From the human T2T-CHM13v2.0 reference genome, Homo sapiens, in NCBI RefSeq assembly GCF_009914755.1, contig NC_060939.1: a stretch of 64,000 nt of DNA; one strand, 5' to 3'. Of the stretch, positions 27,196 through 42,369 are shown piece after piece (the stretch's first letter is position 1; each line of letters opens with the position of its first letter). The translations under genes were made by a program, and so were the position numbers. The notes beneath the pieces were generated by a model that was given only the letters and a program-made list of their open reading frames with translations, made no database searches and had not been told where the DNA came from.

Positions 27196-29149
27196 TAGTG
27201 TATATTTTTTTCCTCCAGCTGCCTTGAAGATTTTCTCTTAGTCTTACACATGTATCACTTTGGCTCTAATATGCCTAGCTGTTTGTTTGTTTCTGTTTTT
27301 TCTTGCTTGATGTTCTCTGAACTTAGACCTGTACTTTGGTGTCTTTCATTTATTTTGTAAATAACTTGTCCATTATTTCCTTTGTTCCATTCTTTCCACT
27401 TCTCCTTCTGATATTCCAGTTATGACCGTGTTCATTTGTCCATTTTCCTGAGAATGGTCCTGCCAAGTTTTGCCACTGTGCACAGGTCTGGTTGTGGGTT
27501 ATACACATTACCTCTATGCGCAAGTCTGGCTATGGGGTCTCTTGCGTGGCTTCCTCATAGACATAACTAACCTCCTGGTTTCTGTCCCGGTTAGCAATCT
27601 TGCCTGGTGTTTCTCCCGCTCTGGGATGCACCTGGCAGTCCCCCTCTGGGATGCACCCGGCAGTCAGCTTCTCCAAGGTTTCCCTCTCTAGGCAGCCAGG
27701 TGTTTGCTGCTTCTACTGTTTCATCACTCAAACGTCTTCATCTATTTTGCATTATCTAGATTTTTAAATGTGTGATATATGTCCTCTGATGCCCACGTCT
27801 CGTCGTTCAGCTCTTTTGCTGGTACTTAAGGAGTTCTTGGGTCACTCTGCAGGAACACTGGAGCCCGGCGGCCCCACTCTCTTTATTGGCAGCTCTGGCG
27901 TCCTTCCATCACCCACTGCGGCGTCTTGGCCACGATCGGACAGTTCTCCTCATGGCCACAAGAGGGCGAAGAGGAGCTCGCCCTGCCTTTCCGAGGAGGC
28001 CAGGTCACCCCTCCAGCCTCCTTCAGAAAACTGCGACTCTACCTTCGTGGAAACGGCGCAGAGGGGTGAGATGGAGCGGGAGAGCACGGAGGACGGAGTG
28101 GAGACAGGGGCTAGATTATGTAGGGCCTGTGGGGCTCTCAGGTGTCACTGTCATTTTATTCTAAGTGTGAGGAGGACCCATTGAGCTGGGGCTGATGGGA
28201 TTTCTTTTGTTTGTTTTGTTTTTGTAAAGATCACGCTTGGATTCTCCAAGGAAGAGAGATGGGGCTTGGAGAGGTGTAGGAGGCTGTAGAAGGGCGAGTT
28301 AGGGCTCAGCGGAACCCAGCGGGCGGAGACTAGGACTGAGCCCTAGCTCAGACCCTTTGAATGTCAGTTAATTACAATCAAAAGAAGGTGAAAATTTGCA
28401 ACTTTCATTCATTCTCCAAAAGGACAGTTTTTCCGTATGTGTTCATTTCTCCTTCACCTTCCTTTTTATTTTTTATGTTTTGTTATAATAAATGTCGAAT
28501 ATCAAAGCAATGTATAAAAACAGACACATGTGAAAGCTCCAATGTTAATGCTTCAAAGTAAGCCTGTGCAATGCACAAAAAATTAAAAGCAGGTCTTTCC
28601 CCCTGTTAAGTAACGTGCTGTTTGATATATGCTATCCTTCATTGCAGTGTGCATACATTAGAGATGAAAGCAGACCGAGCTATAACGGTACTAATAATTC
28701 TATAATTTAGTGCTTGCTCCCACATTTGGACACGGTAACGTAAAACCTATGGAAACTGACGTATGTTCAATGGGTTTCTCCAGCCAGATATTTTCACTCT
28801 TAACCTTTTATTCAACTCTTTTTTACATCTTTCAATGACTTTTTGTGATTCTATTCATTAAAACCTTAGTGTACTTACATTTACTCTAAGGTGTTTTGTC
28901 AACTGTGTTTAATGTGAAAGAGATTATCTTTGTATTTTTACATGCTTCTTGATGATTTGTAAGGCTTCACTTAGAACACATGTGAATTAAGTAGCCAGCC
29001 ACCTTTGTAAACTGTTAAAAACAATTTCTAGTATTTATTGCAGTGTTTGGGCTTTCTCTGTATATAATGACAGCACTTGAAGATGAAAACACACATGCCC
29101 TTTCTTTCCTTTCTTGCCCTTTTGCTTTGGAGACAGCATTCTAAATAGT

Positions 29150-30540
29150 ACTAAAAGACAAGGAGGGTAACTTCAACAGAAATACATAAAAATGGTGATT
29201 TCATATATGGTTCAAAATTAAATTGAAAAATTGTCAATAAATATGAATAAAATATATAATCCATTTAAAACAATTCTCAGATTGGCTGGATATTTTTCAA
29301 ACAGCAAAATCCAGCCACATGGTTTACAAGAGACACATCTACCACAGGATACATTGCTTGTGACTCATGTTTACTTACAAAAATGTCTATTTCAACTATG
29401 ATCCGACTCAATAGAAAGATTAAAAATAGAGAATGCAGAGATATATACTAGAAATAATTACCCTAAAGGAAACTGATGTGGCTGCAGACTTTAAGGCAAT
29501 CAAAGTAGACTTCTACTTTAAGTAGACTTTAAGGCAAAATAATTACTGGAAATCAAATGGATATTTTAGAATAAAAAAATTATCCAATTTACTGAAAAGA
29601 TAAACTGTTTGAAATTTGTTTTCATATACCAATGTATTCTTTTAAACTTTTAAAGAAAACATTTATGGAATATGAGGGAAAGCAGATTAATCTACAATAA
29701 CAATGTAAGAATTTCAGTACACATATCTATTAATAATAGACAAAATATTCGTGAAGCTATAGAAAACTTGAGCGCTATGATTCACAAAATTGACCTTATG
29801 AACACATATTGAACACTCTATCCAATAAATGTGAAATACATGCTCTCTGCAAGGTCGGGTGGAATATTTACAAATGTTATTCCATTGTACAGCCTGTCTC
29901 AATAAATTTCAAAAGGAGAAAGTAGTGTACTACTTTCCTTAAACATAATGCAATTAATTTCAAAACCAATGGAAAAAGATAAACACAAAATTGCCATTTG
30001 CTAGGTAATCAACCCATAGATCAAAGAAGAAATAAGGATTTTTAAAAATCCAAAATGAACTATATTTTTAAAACTACTTTGAACTTGTGGAATACAACTA
30101 AAAATTATTTGGAAAAAGTTTATAGCCATAGATGCTTATTTTGGAAGAGAAAAGATGTCCAAAGACTCCTGGAAGGCAGGCAAAGAAAACCAAATTCTCA
30201 AAAAATAGAAGACAAGAATAATGAATAAATAAAACAGCAGAGATTAAAGAAAAAGAAAACACACCTATAACAAAGATAATAGAGCCAAAATTCAGTTCTT
30301 TGAAAAGACAAAAAATAATGACATCCCTGGTGAAATTCCAACAAGAATGAAAAAAAAAAAACACACTTAATCAATATTAGGAATAAAACATGAGCACCAC
30401 TACACAAATCACAAAAATAATAAGAGGATATTGTGAAAATCTTTGTTCTAATATTCTTTGACAATGTAGATAAAATGATCACTTTCGGACAAAAATAAAT
30501 CTTACCAAGACAGACCCAAAAAAGAACAGAGAAAGTCTAG
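29150..30540 (+). mobile_element. Old LINE-1 ORF2 5' (endonuclease-region) fragment
   Basis: Degenerate motifs (tttacaagagacacatct, aaagtagactttaaggcaaaa, gagccaaaattcagttctttgaaaagac). Confidence 0.65.
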
Positions 30541-31602
30541 CAGCAAAAATATGGTTGCAACATAGGTTTATTGATTATTGTTTGTTTGTTCCTTTTATGT
30601 CTGAGGGTACAGTGGTGAAAGCAAAGCAAGCAAGTAGGGTAGCCGAGGTGACCGTTGGGGCTGACAGCATCTTCAGCAGAACCAGGTGAGAAAGAGTCCC
30701 CGTGAGGCCCATGGTAGAGGAAGGCACAGGCAAGCACTGGAGAGCTGCGAGTCTCCGTGGGACCAGCAGCTACTCTGCAGTGGCAGGGAAGATGGAAGCA
30801 TCGCCTGGCCCTAGGAGTCCTGGAAGGAAAACGAAATACTCACTCGCCACCACCGCCTCAATAAGAAAACTGTAGGCTGCGCAAAAATCTAAAGGAATGA
30901 ATCCTAGAAAAACCAGAACAGCCCCAAAGGCTTCCCTCAGTTAGAAGTAAGTTTAACGGATAGGTGAACATTAAACGGGAAACCCACATCACTTGGCATG
31001 CCAGGAAGAGCAAACAAACACTTTCTCTCCAAAGGACAAGGATCCACCTGAAAGAAAAACGAATGGCAACAAAACCTAAAGTGGGCATCCTGGGATCCTA
31101 GGAAAAAGAAGGCCCCGAGATCGGGGCAGGGGCAGGGGCTGCAGGCGGCCCTACAGAGCCGGTAAAGGTGAAGGCGGTGCTCTGCGGTGGGAACGGGAAG
31201 CTTCCCCAATCAGACTGCATCCTGAGGGACAGGAGCGGACACACGAGGGTATTTTTAATAGTTTGAGACAGTTGTCCTTTTAAAAGGGTGTCCTTGAGCC
31301 ATGAGTTGAAAGGGACCCTGGACAGTCGCTGCTGTCACAGAGTTGTCCTGATAAAAAACAAAAAAGGATTACAAAACACGTACTTGGAAAAATGTTTAAA
31401 TTCCAACAAATATTGAAACCTACCGGGGAAAAAAATGTGATGAAAAGAAACCTAAAGATGAAAACTGCAGCTGGTGCTGTGAGCCCCCCTCTCTCATGTT
31501 CAGGGCATGCCAGCCCACTCCTGGCGTCTGCTCGGCATTGCCGGGGCATTTTCTGTGGCTGCGTCCCTAGAGACACTGGGTCCGCCTTAGAAGTAAACCC
31601 TC

Positions 31603-32143
31603 CTGGAGCGCCCCTCCCCCAGTGGTGGGGGCTGCTGAGCACCTAGCTGGAGCACCCTTCCCCCGGTGGTGGGGGCTGCTGAGTACCCAGCTGGAGCACC
31701 CTTCCCCCGGTGGTGGGGGTTGCTGAGTACCCAGCTGGAGCACTCTTCCCCCGGTGGTGGGGGCTGCTGAGTACCCAGCTGGAGCACCCTTCCCCCGGTG
31801 GTGGGGGCTGCTGAGTACCCAGCTGGAGCACCCTTCCCCCGGTGGTGGGGGCTGCTGAGCACCCAGCTGGAGCACCCTTCCCCCGGTGGTGGGGGCTGCT
31901 GAGCACCTAGCTGGAGCACCCTTCCCCCGGTGGTGGGGGTTGCTGAGTACTCAGCTGGAGCGCCCCTCCCCCGGTCGTGGGGGCTGCTGAGCACTTAGCT
32001 GAAGCACCCTTCCCCCGGTGGTGGGGGTTGCTGAGTACCCAGCTGGAGCGCCCCTCCCCCGGTCGTGGGGGCTGCTGAGCACTTAGCTGAAGCACCCTTC
32101 CCCCGGTGGTGGGGGTTGCTGAGTACCTAGCTGGAGCACCCTT
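31603..32143. repeat. 44-bp GC-rich minisatellite (VNTR), 12 full units plus a partial unit
   Basis: Unit ctggagcacccttcccccggtggtgggggctgctgagtacccag, recurring every 44 bp from 31603 to 32131. Confidence 0.97.
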
Positions 32144-32654
32144 TGGGTGGCTTGTTCAGGAGAGCACCTTTACCTCAGCTTTCTGAGTTCCCCAGGGGAA
32201 GATGCTGCGATTCTACAGAAAGGAAACTTCCTTGACAATGCAGCCTTAATTGGTTATCGTCCTTTCCAAAAAACACTTCACTGTCATCCACTTCCCATGG
32301 TCTGCTTCTGGGAAAACCCAAATTAAAGACAAAACCTCTAATCTAATATTTCAGAATGGTTGAAAATTAAAAAAACTATAAGATTGATAAATATCGTAAA
32401 AAACACACGAAGAAAAATAAAAAACAAAAAGAAGAGTGAAAATGTTCAACAATAAATAAAAAAAATATAAAAAAGGCAAGAGAGAAATTAATACATGTAA
32501 GACAGGCAAGGGAGATCTAACATGTGTAATACTGAAATTCCCAAACCAGTACACTACAGCGATGAAACAGAACAAATATTTAAAATTAGAATTCTAGAAA
32601 ACTTTAACAAAATAAAAACATTTTATCGAAATATTGAAGACACATTGCATAAAT

Positions 32655-33100
32655 GAAAGAAGCCAGGCTCCAAAGGGCATATACTGCATGATTGCACCTC
32701 TATGACATTCTGGAAAAGGTAAAGCAGGGGAGACAGGAAAATGAGCAGTGGGTATCAGGGGTTGGGGGAAAGGCAGGATGAACAGGTGGAACACAGGAGA
32801 TTTTTTAGGGCAGTGAGACTTCCATATGATACTGTAATGGAGGCTGCATGACATTATACATTTGTTAAAACTCATAAAATATACAAAGAGTGAACTCTAG
32901 TATAAGCTGTAGAGTTTAGTTAATTATAAACTATCACTATTGGTTCATCAACTGAAACAAATGTACCCCAACTATGCAAGATGTAAATAACAGGGGAAAC
33001 TGTTTGGAGGGAGAAGAGGTGTGTGGGGGCACTGTGGACTCTGCACTCTGGTCAATTTTTGTATCAACTGAGAACTTCTTTTAAAAATTCTCTATTAACT
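32655..33100 (+). mobile_element. Old LINE-1 3' UTR fragment (L1MC/MD-like)
   Basis: aagaagccaggctccaaagggcatatactgcatgattgcacctctatgacattctggaaaagg... Confidence 0.75.
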
Positions 33101-33704
33101 TTAAAAGTGGAGGAATGGTGATTTTTATATTAGGAAAGGTATATAATGTAATAAAAAGTATTAAATGAGAAAAAAGATGGGTATTTTTATAAAAGGCTAC
33201 CTTCCCATGTGAATATATAGAAGGTATAAATATCTACACCCCAAATAAAAAATAAACAACTTTTGGACACAGAATATGAAAGAGATCCTAGGAGAAATAG
33301 AAACTCCTAACAAGAGGCATTAACATGCCTCTCTCAGACAAGGCCAGATCAAAGAGTCAAAGCATTCGTTAGAATATAGAAGATCTAAAATTATTCAACG
33401 AAGCAACTCCAATAGAAATATATTAACCTCAAAACTCTGCCATAAGGGAATATACCTTCTTTTCAAGTGCAAATAAAAATTTATAAAAATTGATACAGTA
33501 TTAGGCCACAAAGAAGAAAACAACTCTATAAATCACAATGAAAGAAATAATGTGCCATACAATAAAACTAGGAAAGAAATAAACAAATAGCAACAACACT
33601 GTATTTCTCTACCTATTCCCTAATAATGTCTCCATTTAAAAAGTCTTGGTTTAAAGGGAAAATGCAAATTCTTCGTAAAGTTACACTGTGAAAAAACATG
33701 ACAA

Positions 33705-33983
33705 GGCCAGGTGCAGTGGCTTACGCCTGTAATCTCAGCACTTTAGGAGGCTGAGGCAGGCAGATCACTTGAGATCAGGAGTTTGAGACCAGCCTGGCCA
33801 GCATGGTGAAACTCCATCTCTACTAAAAATACAAAAATTACGCAGTTGTGGTGGTGTGCCCCTGTAATCCCAGCTACTTGGGAGGCTGAAGCAGGACAGT
33901 CACTTGAACCTGGAGGCAAGATTGCACCACTGTACTCCAGCCTGGGTGACAGAGTGAGATTCTATCTCAAAAGCAAACAAAAA
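33705..33983 (+). mobile_element. AluS-like (small internal deletion in right arm)
   Basis: Dimeric Alu. Confidence 0.9.
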
Positions 33984-35003
33984 CCCATCACATAGGAGAA
34001 ACACAAAAATGTGATATAAAGTATATGCCTGACAAAAAAATAATGTTTAATTTGTTATTAAATTAATATTAAAAGTATTACTTAAATTAGGCATTAAAAT
34101 AATTTAATATTATAATGCTTTACATATTAATAGTATATATTTAAAATATAAAATTATAAATTGATAATTAAGATTATTCATTATTAAATTTTAATTAATT
34201 TTGCATTAGCAAAAAATGATAATAAATGGATTAAACATCCAATTCCAAAGAGTCAGAGGTTGACCATTGTTTCCAAACCATGTGTGTAGGTGAAGCCAGC
34301 CTTGGGGATAGAAAAAAATAAAGGCCAACTCCCCTTATGATTTGGGGACATGAAGAAAGACCCTGCTATCTAAATATACTTCTTTCCCCTAACTTAGATA
34401 TGACAAACACATTAAATTCTACCCTTAGAAAGTATTTCCTTTAGTTTTCCTTTCATATTGCAAAATACCAGGCATAATTAAAGCATATTAAAGTTCATTG
34501 GTTAAGAATGAACTGGATAAATATTCCCTTAGCAAGAATGACCTGGGTGAAAACGAACAGGGAGAAACATAATGGAAAATAATCAAAGCAGAAGGGTGAA
34601 AAGCCAAAATTGAAACCCAAAGTAATCAATAAATGCAAGCTACTGCTTAATAGTATTCACATCACACATTCCAGCTTTTCTACTGGGAAGTGCTGAATTC
34701 CATTGAAAAATAACCTATTCCAGCTCCCGGAAGTGCAGAACGTTGTCTGAGGTCAGTACAGATGTGCACATGAAATGTTGCATAGCACTGCAAGTCCCAA
34801 TGTCCAACCCAAGACAATCACACACTCGCCCCCTGCAGAGCTCCATCCCTAGTGGGAATGAGTTTGCCGTCGCTTTTTGGGTGGGGTGGATTCACACCGA
34901 GCACATACAGAACTCAGCCCTCCCGCTTTCTAAGCACGAGAGCATGCTTTCAGATCAGTTACTTCTGAGCCTTAGTTTCCTTGTGCATCAAAAGGAATAA
35001 TTA

Positions 35004-35362
<359 letters not shown>

Positions 35363-37099
35363 CAATGGTTGTGCAGTGCTCCCAAGCAGCGGGTACTGGG
35401 ACAAATGCTGTCAGTCTTTAGCTCGCAGACTCCCCACTACACCCTAAGCATCGGGAATTGGTGTTACCTCCAATGTAGAGAAAAGGGAAAGCTGAGACAC
35501 CCGTTTGAAACGGGGAAGCTGAGGCACACAGTGGACACACCTGTCTGACTCCGAGGCCCGCACCTAACGGCCATGCTGGCCCAGGAGACAGTCAATACAC
35601 GTTACTTCGGCTAATAGGATTATGATCACAGTCACTTGGCATTTCTGTTGGGTTTGCAGCAAAAAATAACCGAATATGGTCTGTGAAATGCTCTTTGAAA
35701 AAGGGATTTTGGTGCTGAGTTACTTCGGGAATCATTGCATTTTTCTCTCTTTTAGACGGTCATAAAACTGATTAGCATATGAAAAGCTCTGAGAAGCCTC
35801 AAAATCATGCATCTCTTTAAACCAGAATTTGATGAACTTAGTTGAACCAAAACCCCGCTGATTTTGCTTTTCATATAGTTGCTGCTGTCCTAAATATCCT
35901 AAATAATACTTTCACTCACATGTTGGGGGACAGCGTGGCACACTGACCTAATTGCGTTATAATAGCTCTCACTTGCATCGCATTTACAGATTTCCAAACA
36001 ACTTGCTGTGCATTTCTTTCATCTCGCCAGAACAGATGTTTTCCTTATACTGGAAGAAGCTGAGGCAGAGAAAGCTTTGGAAACTTTGCAAGTTCACTCA
36101 GGTCCAGAACTCCTACAGGAACCCACTTCTTGTCACTTTCTGTTGAGTTCTTTAGCTCATCACAGACATGGGAGGACACTTGATGGGATGACGGGTGGGC
36201 TGAAGAAACATTTGAGTGCATCCACGTTAACTTTGTCTTGTATTCTGGAAATAAGGAATGGCCCTACAGCGAGGAGGAGCCACCTCTTCAAGGTCCAACA
36301 GAGATATACAAATGGCATAGTAAAGAAATGAAGAGAATCATAGTGATAATCCAGTTTAATGTGTTTTTTTTTAATATTTACATAAATGAGGAGACCGAGG
36401 CCCAGTGAACTTCAGTGATCTGTCAACTTTGAAGGAGCGCATAGGCTGGTCTGAGTCCAGGAGGCATCAGTGCGCCCAGCCACCTCTGCACCCTACCTGG
36501 CTTCTGCTCCTCCCCTGAGTTGGCTGATCACGGTAGTCTCCCTTGTGAATCTTCTTTTCCTCCTTTATTTTTTTTTTTAAATTGTTGGAAGGCCCATTGT
36601 TCAGCCACGGAACATCTCATTTCTTTCTATGCATGCTCCCTACGTGATTCACAGTGTCTGCTCTTCTCATTTTGCCTCTCGATACTCCCTGTCCACCCTT
36701 CACTGCCGTCTCTGTGTCTTGGATGTTCAATCTGTGGGCTATAACAGGTGGGCTTCCTTGCTGTCTCATTTGGCTCAGTCAATGGCAAGCATCAGCAGTT
36801 CATCAGTGAGCAGGTAGAGGGGGATGCTGGGAGTGCCCGTGCTTCAGCTCCTGTACTGCCAGGACGTGGTCTGTCCATGGCATTGTCCTGTTACCGGTGA
36901 CACAGCCCTTTCTGGTGGTCCTGCTCCCATGGCTACAGACCGCTCTCCCAGAGTCTACACCAGCTTCCTACCATTTTTATGCTCTGAGTTCTAATGGTGA
37001 CCATTGTTGGTGCCCTTCATGAAACTTTTTTCAGTTGCCCCTTAGTCTATGCCATCTTTTTCTTAACAGCATTTCTATGTCTATAGACAAAATTGTTTG

Positions 37100-38420
37100 A
37101 GTAGAAGGACCCTATATGTGCATCTTCATCTCAGACATTTCCCAAGAACTCAAGATTCATGTTTAATAAGCATTTCAAACTTAAAATGCATAAGACTAAG
37201 GTGATATTTCTTTCTCCCTTTCAAATTTGATCTTCTCGCAGTCTTCCATGTTTTAAGTAACTGGCAATCTTTCCAGTTGTTCAGAACTTAATTTCTCTGT
37301 TTCCCATACAACCTCACGTCTGAATGGCAGCATAGTCTGTGGCTCTGTCTTCAACAGTCTCTTAACACCTCTGCTGCTACTACTTTGGCCAAAACTATCA
37401 TCATCTCTTACCTCAATTATTGCAACTGGACTCCACCCTTCTGCCCTGGCTCCCAGGCATCTCCTTCTGTTAAATTAAATTAAATGTGGCCTGAAACTGC
37501 CTTCGTGTTTCAAGTTCCTGCATAGAGGACTGTAACCCACATTAGTATACAAAAAACAACTGCAACCTAACTTAAGGGTATTATTCTTGTAACAAATATC
37601 TTAGTGTCAGCCAGTCACAGCCACTGAGCTTCAGCCAATCACAGGCTGCCAACTCATCAGACCATGCCTGTATAAGGCAAATGCCTCATCACCACGCAAT
37701 GCCCCAGTAAGGCAAATGCCCAGCCATGACTAATCAAGCTGTTTCTGTATGGCACTTCCCTTTTTAATGTATAAATACTGCCTGCCCATGTTGCTGGGTG
37801 GAGCTCTCTGAAACTCTGCCTGTTCAGGGTGCTGCCCAATTCATGACTCAAATCATTCTTTGCTCAATTAAATTCTGTTTAATTTAATTTGTCTAAAGTT
37901 TTTCTTTTAACACTTCCCAACACAGATCTTGCTAAAAGAACATCAGACCAAGTCATTGCTCTGCCCAAATCTTCTGGTGGTTTCACTTCTCAGAGTAAAT
38001 AGCTAAAAGTCTTGCTGTTACCTATAGGGTCATATGGCTGGCCCTAAGACTTCTCTGCCCTGACTGCCTCAAGCTTCAGTCACCTAACCCTCCCACTACA
38101 CTGGCCTCAGCTCCAAACTTTGAGTATACCTGGTGCCCTCCTGCTGACATCTCCTGAACTTCCAGTACTTTTCTCCTTGTTGTTCTTGTCCTGGATTTCT
38201 GAAGGACTCACTGCTTCACTTTCTTCAAGTCATATGTGATTTTTCTCTGGACACCATAGGTAAAATCTCAAACTGTTCCTCCTCCAACACTTCCTGTCTA
38301 CTTTCATTTTATTTTTCTCCTTATCTTTTATCACTAGCTGACATACCATACCTGCCTTCTTTTGTGTTTGACATCTCTCCACTGGAACATAAGCTCCATA
38401 AAGTAAACATTGTTGTCCAT
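37100..38420 (+). mobile_element. L2 fragment interrupted by a MER57-like LTR
   Basis: L2-like motifs (aagcatttcaaacttaaaatg, cagtcttccatgttttaagtaactggca, actggaacataagctccat). Confidence 0.6.
37468..37912 (+). mobile_element. ERV1 solo LTR (MER57-like)
   Basis: TG...CA termini (tgttaaattaaatt ... tttttcttttaaca), tataaat box, 4-bp TSD CTTC on both sides. Confidence 0.8.
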
Positions 38421-39709
38421 TTTACAAAGAGCAAGGCTGGGACTCAGGGAGTTGAAATGACTTGAACAACAGGGCAGGGCTAGCAAGTGAATACACCTGG
38501 GTCCAAGTGATGATCTTTCTAGGATTTCCACTAATTGGAGATGCCTTAGAGATGTGATGAAGAACTGGATAAAACTTCTGTGGATGTGGACACATGGGAC
38601 ATGGGAGAATGTTTTAAGGGGACATTAAAAATGATACTTTATAACAATAATTCATACTTTTCGGGGAAGAAGAGTGTTGTTTGTTTTCATTTTATGCCCG
38701 AACTTTACCTTCTGTGTTAAAGTGTAGCCCCCTTACTTGGATGAACACGGAGTGTCAAGCGAGCAAAATAGTGGTCTGAGAGCTGATAGTTACTGGGCAC
38801 TTGGGCTAGGTGGGCACACCACCTTCACATACATTATCTCAATTTCTCCTCATCTCCCTCCTAGGAGGCAAAGGTCATCATCCTATTTAGAGATGGAAGA
38901 CCAAAGGGCCCAAATCCCTTGCACGAAGGTCACCCAAATAGTAATTTGGGTCCAATGTCAGTACTTGGACCCAGATCCGTCGGACCCCAAAATCTGTATT
39001 CAGAACTGTTTCTCCTGACTGCCAATACTGTTTTTGGTAGAACAGAGTCCCAGGAATCTCAGTTTCCAGTCACTCAGCAGCAGCTTCATCTGTTGAGTGT
39101 GTATTGGAAGGCTTCTTTGCTTACGTTAGGAGAAATCATTATGTTTCTTTTAAAACTATGTGGCTCGTTGATGTTAATTTCTTCTAAGCGCTTAAGAAGT
39201 ATTTTAATTTATGCTGGCATTTGAATTAGTATGGCATTATTTCAAAAGATGACAGTAATTCAAAATTCTGAAGGCTGGAAAACATCCAATCAAAACAAAA
39301 CCAAAAGCTAACAAAGCTAACAACATCATAGTAGGCAGCACCTTTCCTTGAGGAAGGCAAACTGTTCTGCAGGCATATGCCAATCTGGAGATGTCTCTGC
39401 TATTTTGTCAAAGTGGGGATTTTAACCACATTTAGCAAGTACTGCTATAGCCTGTGAATGTGAACGATTTAACTCAAATGGAAGTTTAGTGTGAGACTGC
39501 GTTTCCCGGGTGCTTGCCACCTCTTTTGTATCACATTCTCAATTCAGATCAGTGTACTGTGGTCTATTTTTACCTCTCCCAACTCAACATACTGTTGGTT
39601 CTGTACAAATATGTATTGGGTCTTCCATTGATCAGTAAAATAGTTTTATTGTTCTTAAAAATATATGACAAATTGGTCTTAGGTATCATTCAGCATCTTG
39701 TTTCAATGA

Positions 39710-40173
<464 letters not shown>

Positions 40174-40813
40174 TGAACTTGATACAAGTTCCATGCCATT
40201 TCACTTAGGAATTAACTTGTTTTCCTGGGCTTAAAATATCAAGCAACACCCGACCTCATCCAAACTCTGCAGATATATTTTTTATCCAAAAAGTTGTGAA
40301 TGTCAGCAGGACACCTGGTCTCCTGAATGATAACTTTGTTGGGAAGGTGAATGCAGGCAACTTCATTTTGTAGTGGAGATCCTTGATCATGTTTGGTCAA
40401 TGACAATATAGAGTGCAAAAATAGCTGATTTCTTTCTTTTTCCTACCATTCATCAACCCAGGGCTGCTTGTTTTTCTTTCCAAGGAAGCTGAGTTTCACA
40501 TTGATGTGATTGAGGTTCCTCTGCAGGACTCTTCTGGGGTCCTTCATAAAATGTGGATGTCCCTTCTAAGTGATGTTGACATTTTATGAGAGGTCAACTG
40601 TCTGGTTGTTGAGAATGATGATCATTCTCACTATAGATGCTGCAAGAATGGACCACGTGCTGATATTCCCACACTCTCCTCTGTTACTTGTTCAGAGCCT
40701 TACCGATGGTGTGTGGTGAAGGTATGCTAAACTTTTACATTGGACCTGTTGTCTCTGCCTTTCCCAGCACTTTTACCCTCTTACCTATTTTATTTATCTA
40801 CAATAAACTATTC

Positions 40814-40816
<3 letters not shown>

Positions 40817-40844
<28 letters not shown>
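40817..40844. repeat. (TG)n microsatellite
   Basis: About 13 TG units. Confidence 0.95.
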
Positions 40845-42369
40845 TTAAGCTACCAGACATGGATATTTCCCCTCCTTCTTGGCAAGTATGTGGTCAACTC
40901 TAGATGTATTTGAAGTCCTATTTTTAAATACAGGCTGAAATGGGTATCATAAGGTCCAACATTTGTGTCTAGGGGAAGCAAACAGGGTGTGAAACACTAT
41001 ATCCTGAAAGAAAATAATCTTCCAATTCCTTGTAGAGAAGCAAAACACATTTATATGCTGACTTGATGTGCAAGTTTCCAAGGCTTTCTGTACATGCACC
41101 CAAATTAGGCTATAAACACCTAAACCTTTAAAAATAGCTTCATAGTATAAGCATTGTTATGCAATTTGCTTTTTTTAAATTTAAGAATATGTGTATTGAA
41201 AACAAAATGAATTATTTATGGATAAAAAGATATGATATCTTAAGTTTGCTTAAAAGTAATTCTGAGGGTATGAGCGAGTGAGGGTAGAGATGTCACAGGA
41301 CTGGCCGTGAGCTGATAGCAGTTGTGGCCGGGCCATGTGTGCAAGACAGCACGTGTTTGACCCTAGTACCAAATTACCATGGTTATCCTCATAGAAATAG
41401 CAGTAGGCATATGCATGATTATTTCTTTTTTTATTTTTGAAACTATTTGTATTGCAAAACAAAATCACATACAAAGTGCACACAACAAAATATTTAGGAC
41501 AACAATTTATCATCAAGCGAACATCTGTTGAGAAATGGCACTTTGTGCTCTTGCTCTCCTGCTTCTCTATGAGCTTAGTGATTTACATTAATCTTTTCTT
41601 CAGAAAGAACTTTTGGCTTAATTTTTCTGTTTTTTCTTCCATTTCATGTATTTCCTGCCTTATATTTAGTATTGTCTTGTTACTTGTTTGGCAGATACTG
41701 CTCTTTTTTTAAAAAAAAATTATCTTCTTAAGGTTAAATCTTGGGCAACTGAATTTAGATTCTGTTTCTTATCTAATAGAACCATTTAAAGTTATAAGTT
41801 TTCCCCTATACACTGCTTTATCTTCACCGCATAAATTTTCATATATTGCATTTTCATTATTACATTTAAAATATTTTCTAATTTTTCTTGTTTTTTTATG
41901 ATCTGTAGGTTATATAGAAATGTGTTATTAATTTCCAAATACTTAGGGGACATTTTCAGAAAGCTTTTAATTATTAATTTCTAACTTAATTACATGTGGT
42001 CAGAGAACATACTCCATATGATTCTTTAAAATTATTGAGACTTGCTTATTGCTGCAGCATATGCTCTATTTTGGTGAAGGTATCATGCATACTTGAAGAA
42101 TACAAAAAAGAATATTCTGCAATTGCTGAGTGCGGCCTTATGTAATACCAGCCAAGGCCAGGAGGGCTGTTACTGTTCGTCACTTGCATGTTGCCAATAT
42201 GTGTAAGTGAAAATTGGTTTTATACCTGAACCTTGTATTCAGCAATCAACTAAACACATGTATTAATATTAATAATTTATCTCTTGATGGTTGGTTTTTC
42301 TGTGGACATAACAATATAATCCAGTTATAATGAAAGTTTTATTTCTCATTTTCTTTTCTTTCCTTTTAC

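Noticed and set aside
27768-28184. 138-aa ORF as a novel gene
   Set aside because: No recognisable homology or exon structure, and the length is compatible with chance in GC-rich sequence.
31567-32095. Repetitive ORFs, or a CRISPR-like array, at the 44-bp repeat
   Set aside because: Head-to-tail units with no unique spacers and no cas genes, in human DNA. The ORFs result from a stop-poor repeat unit.
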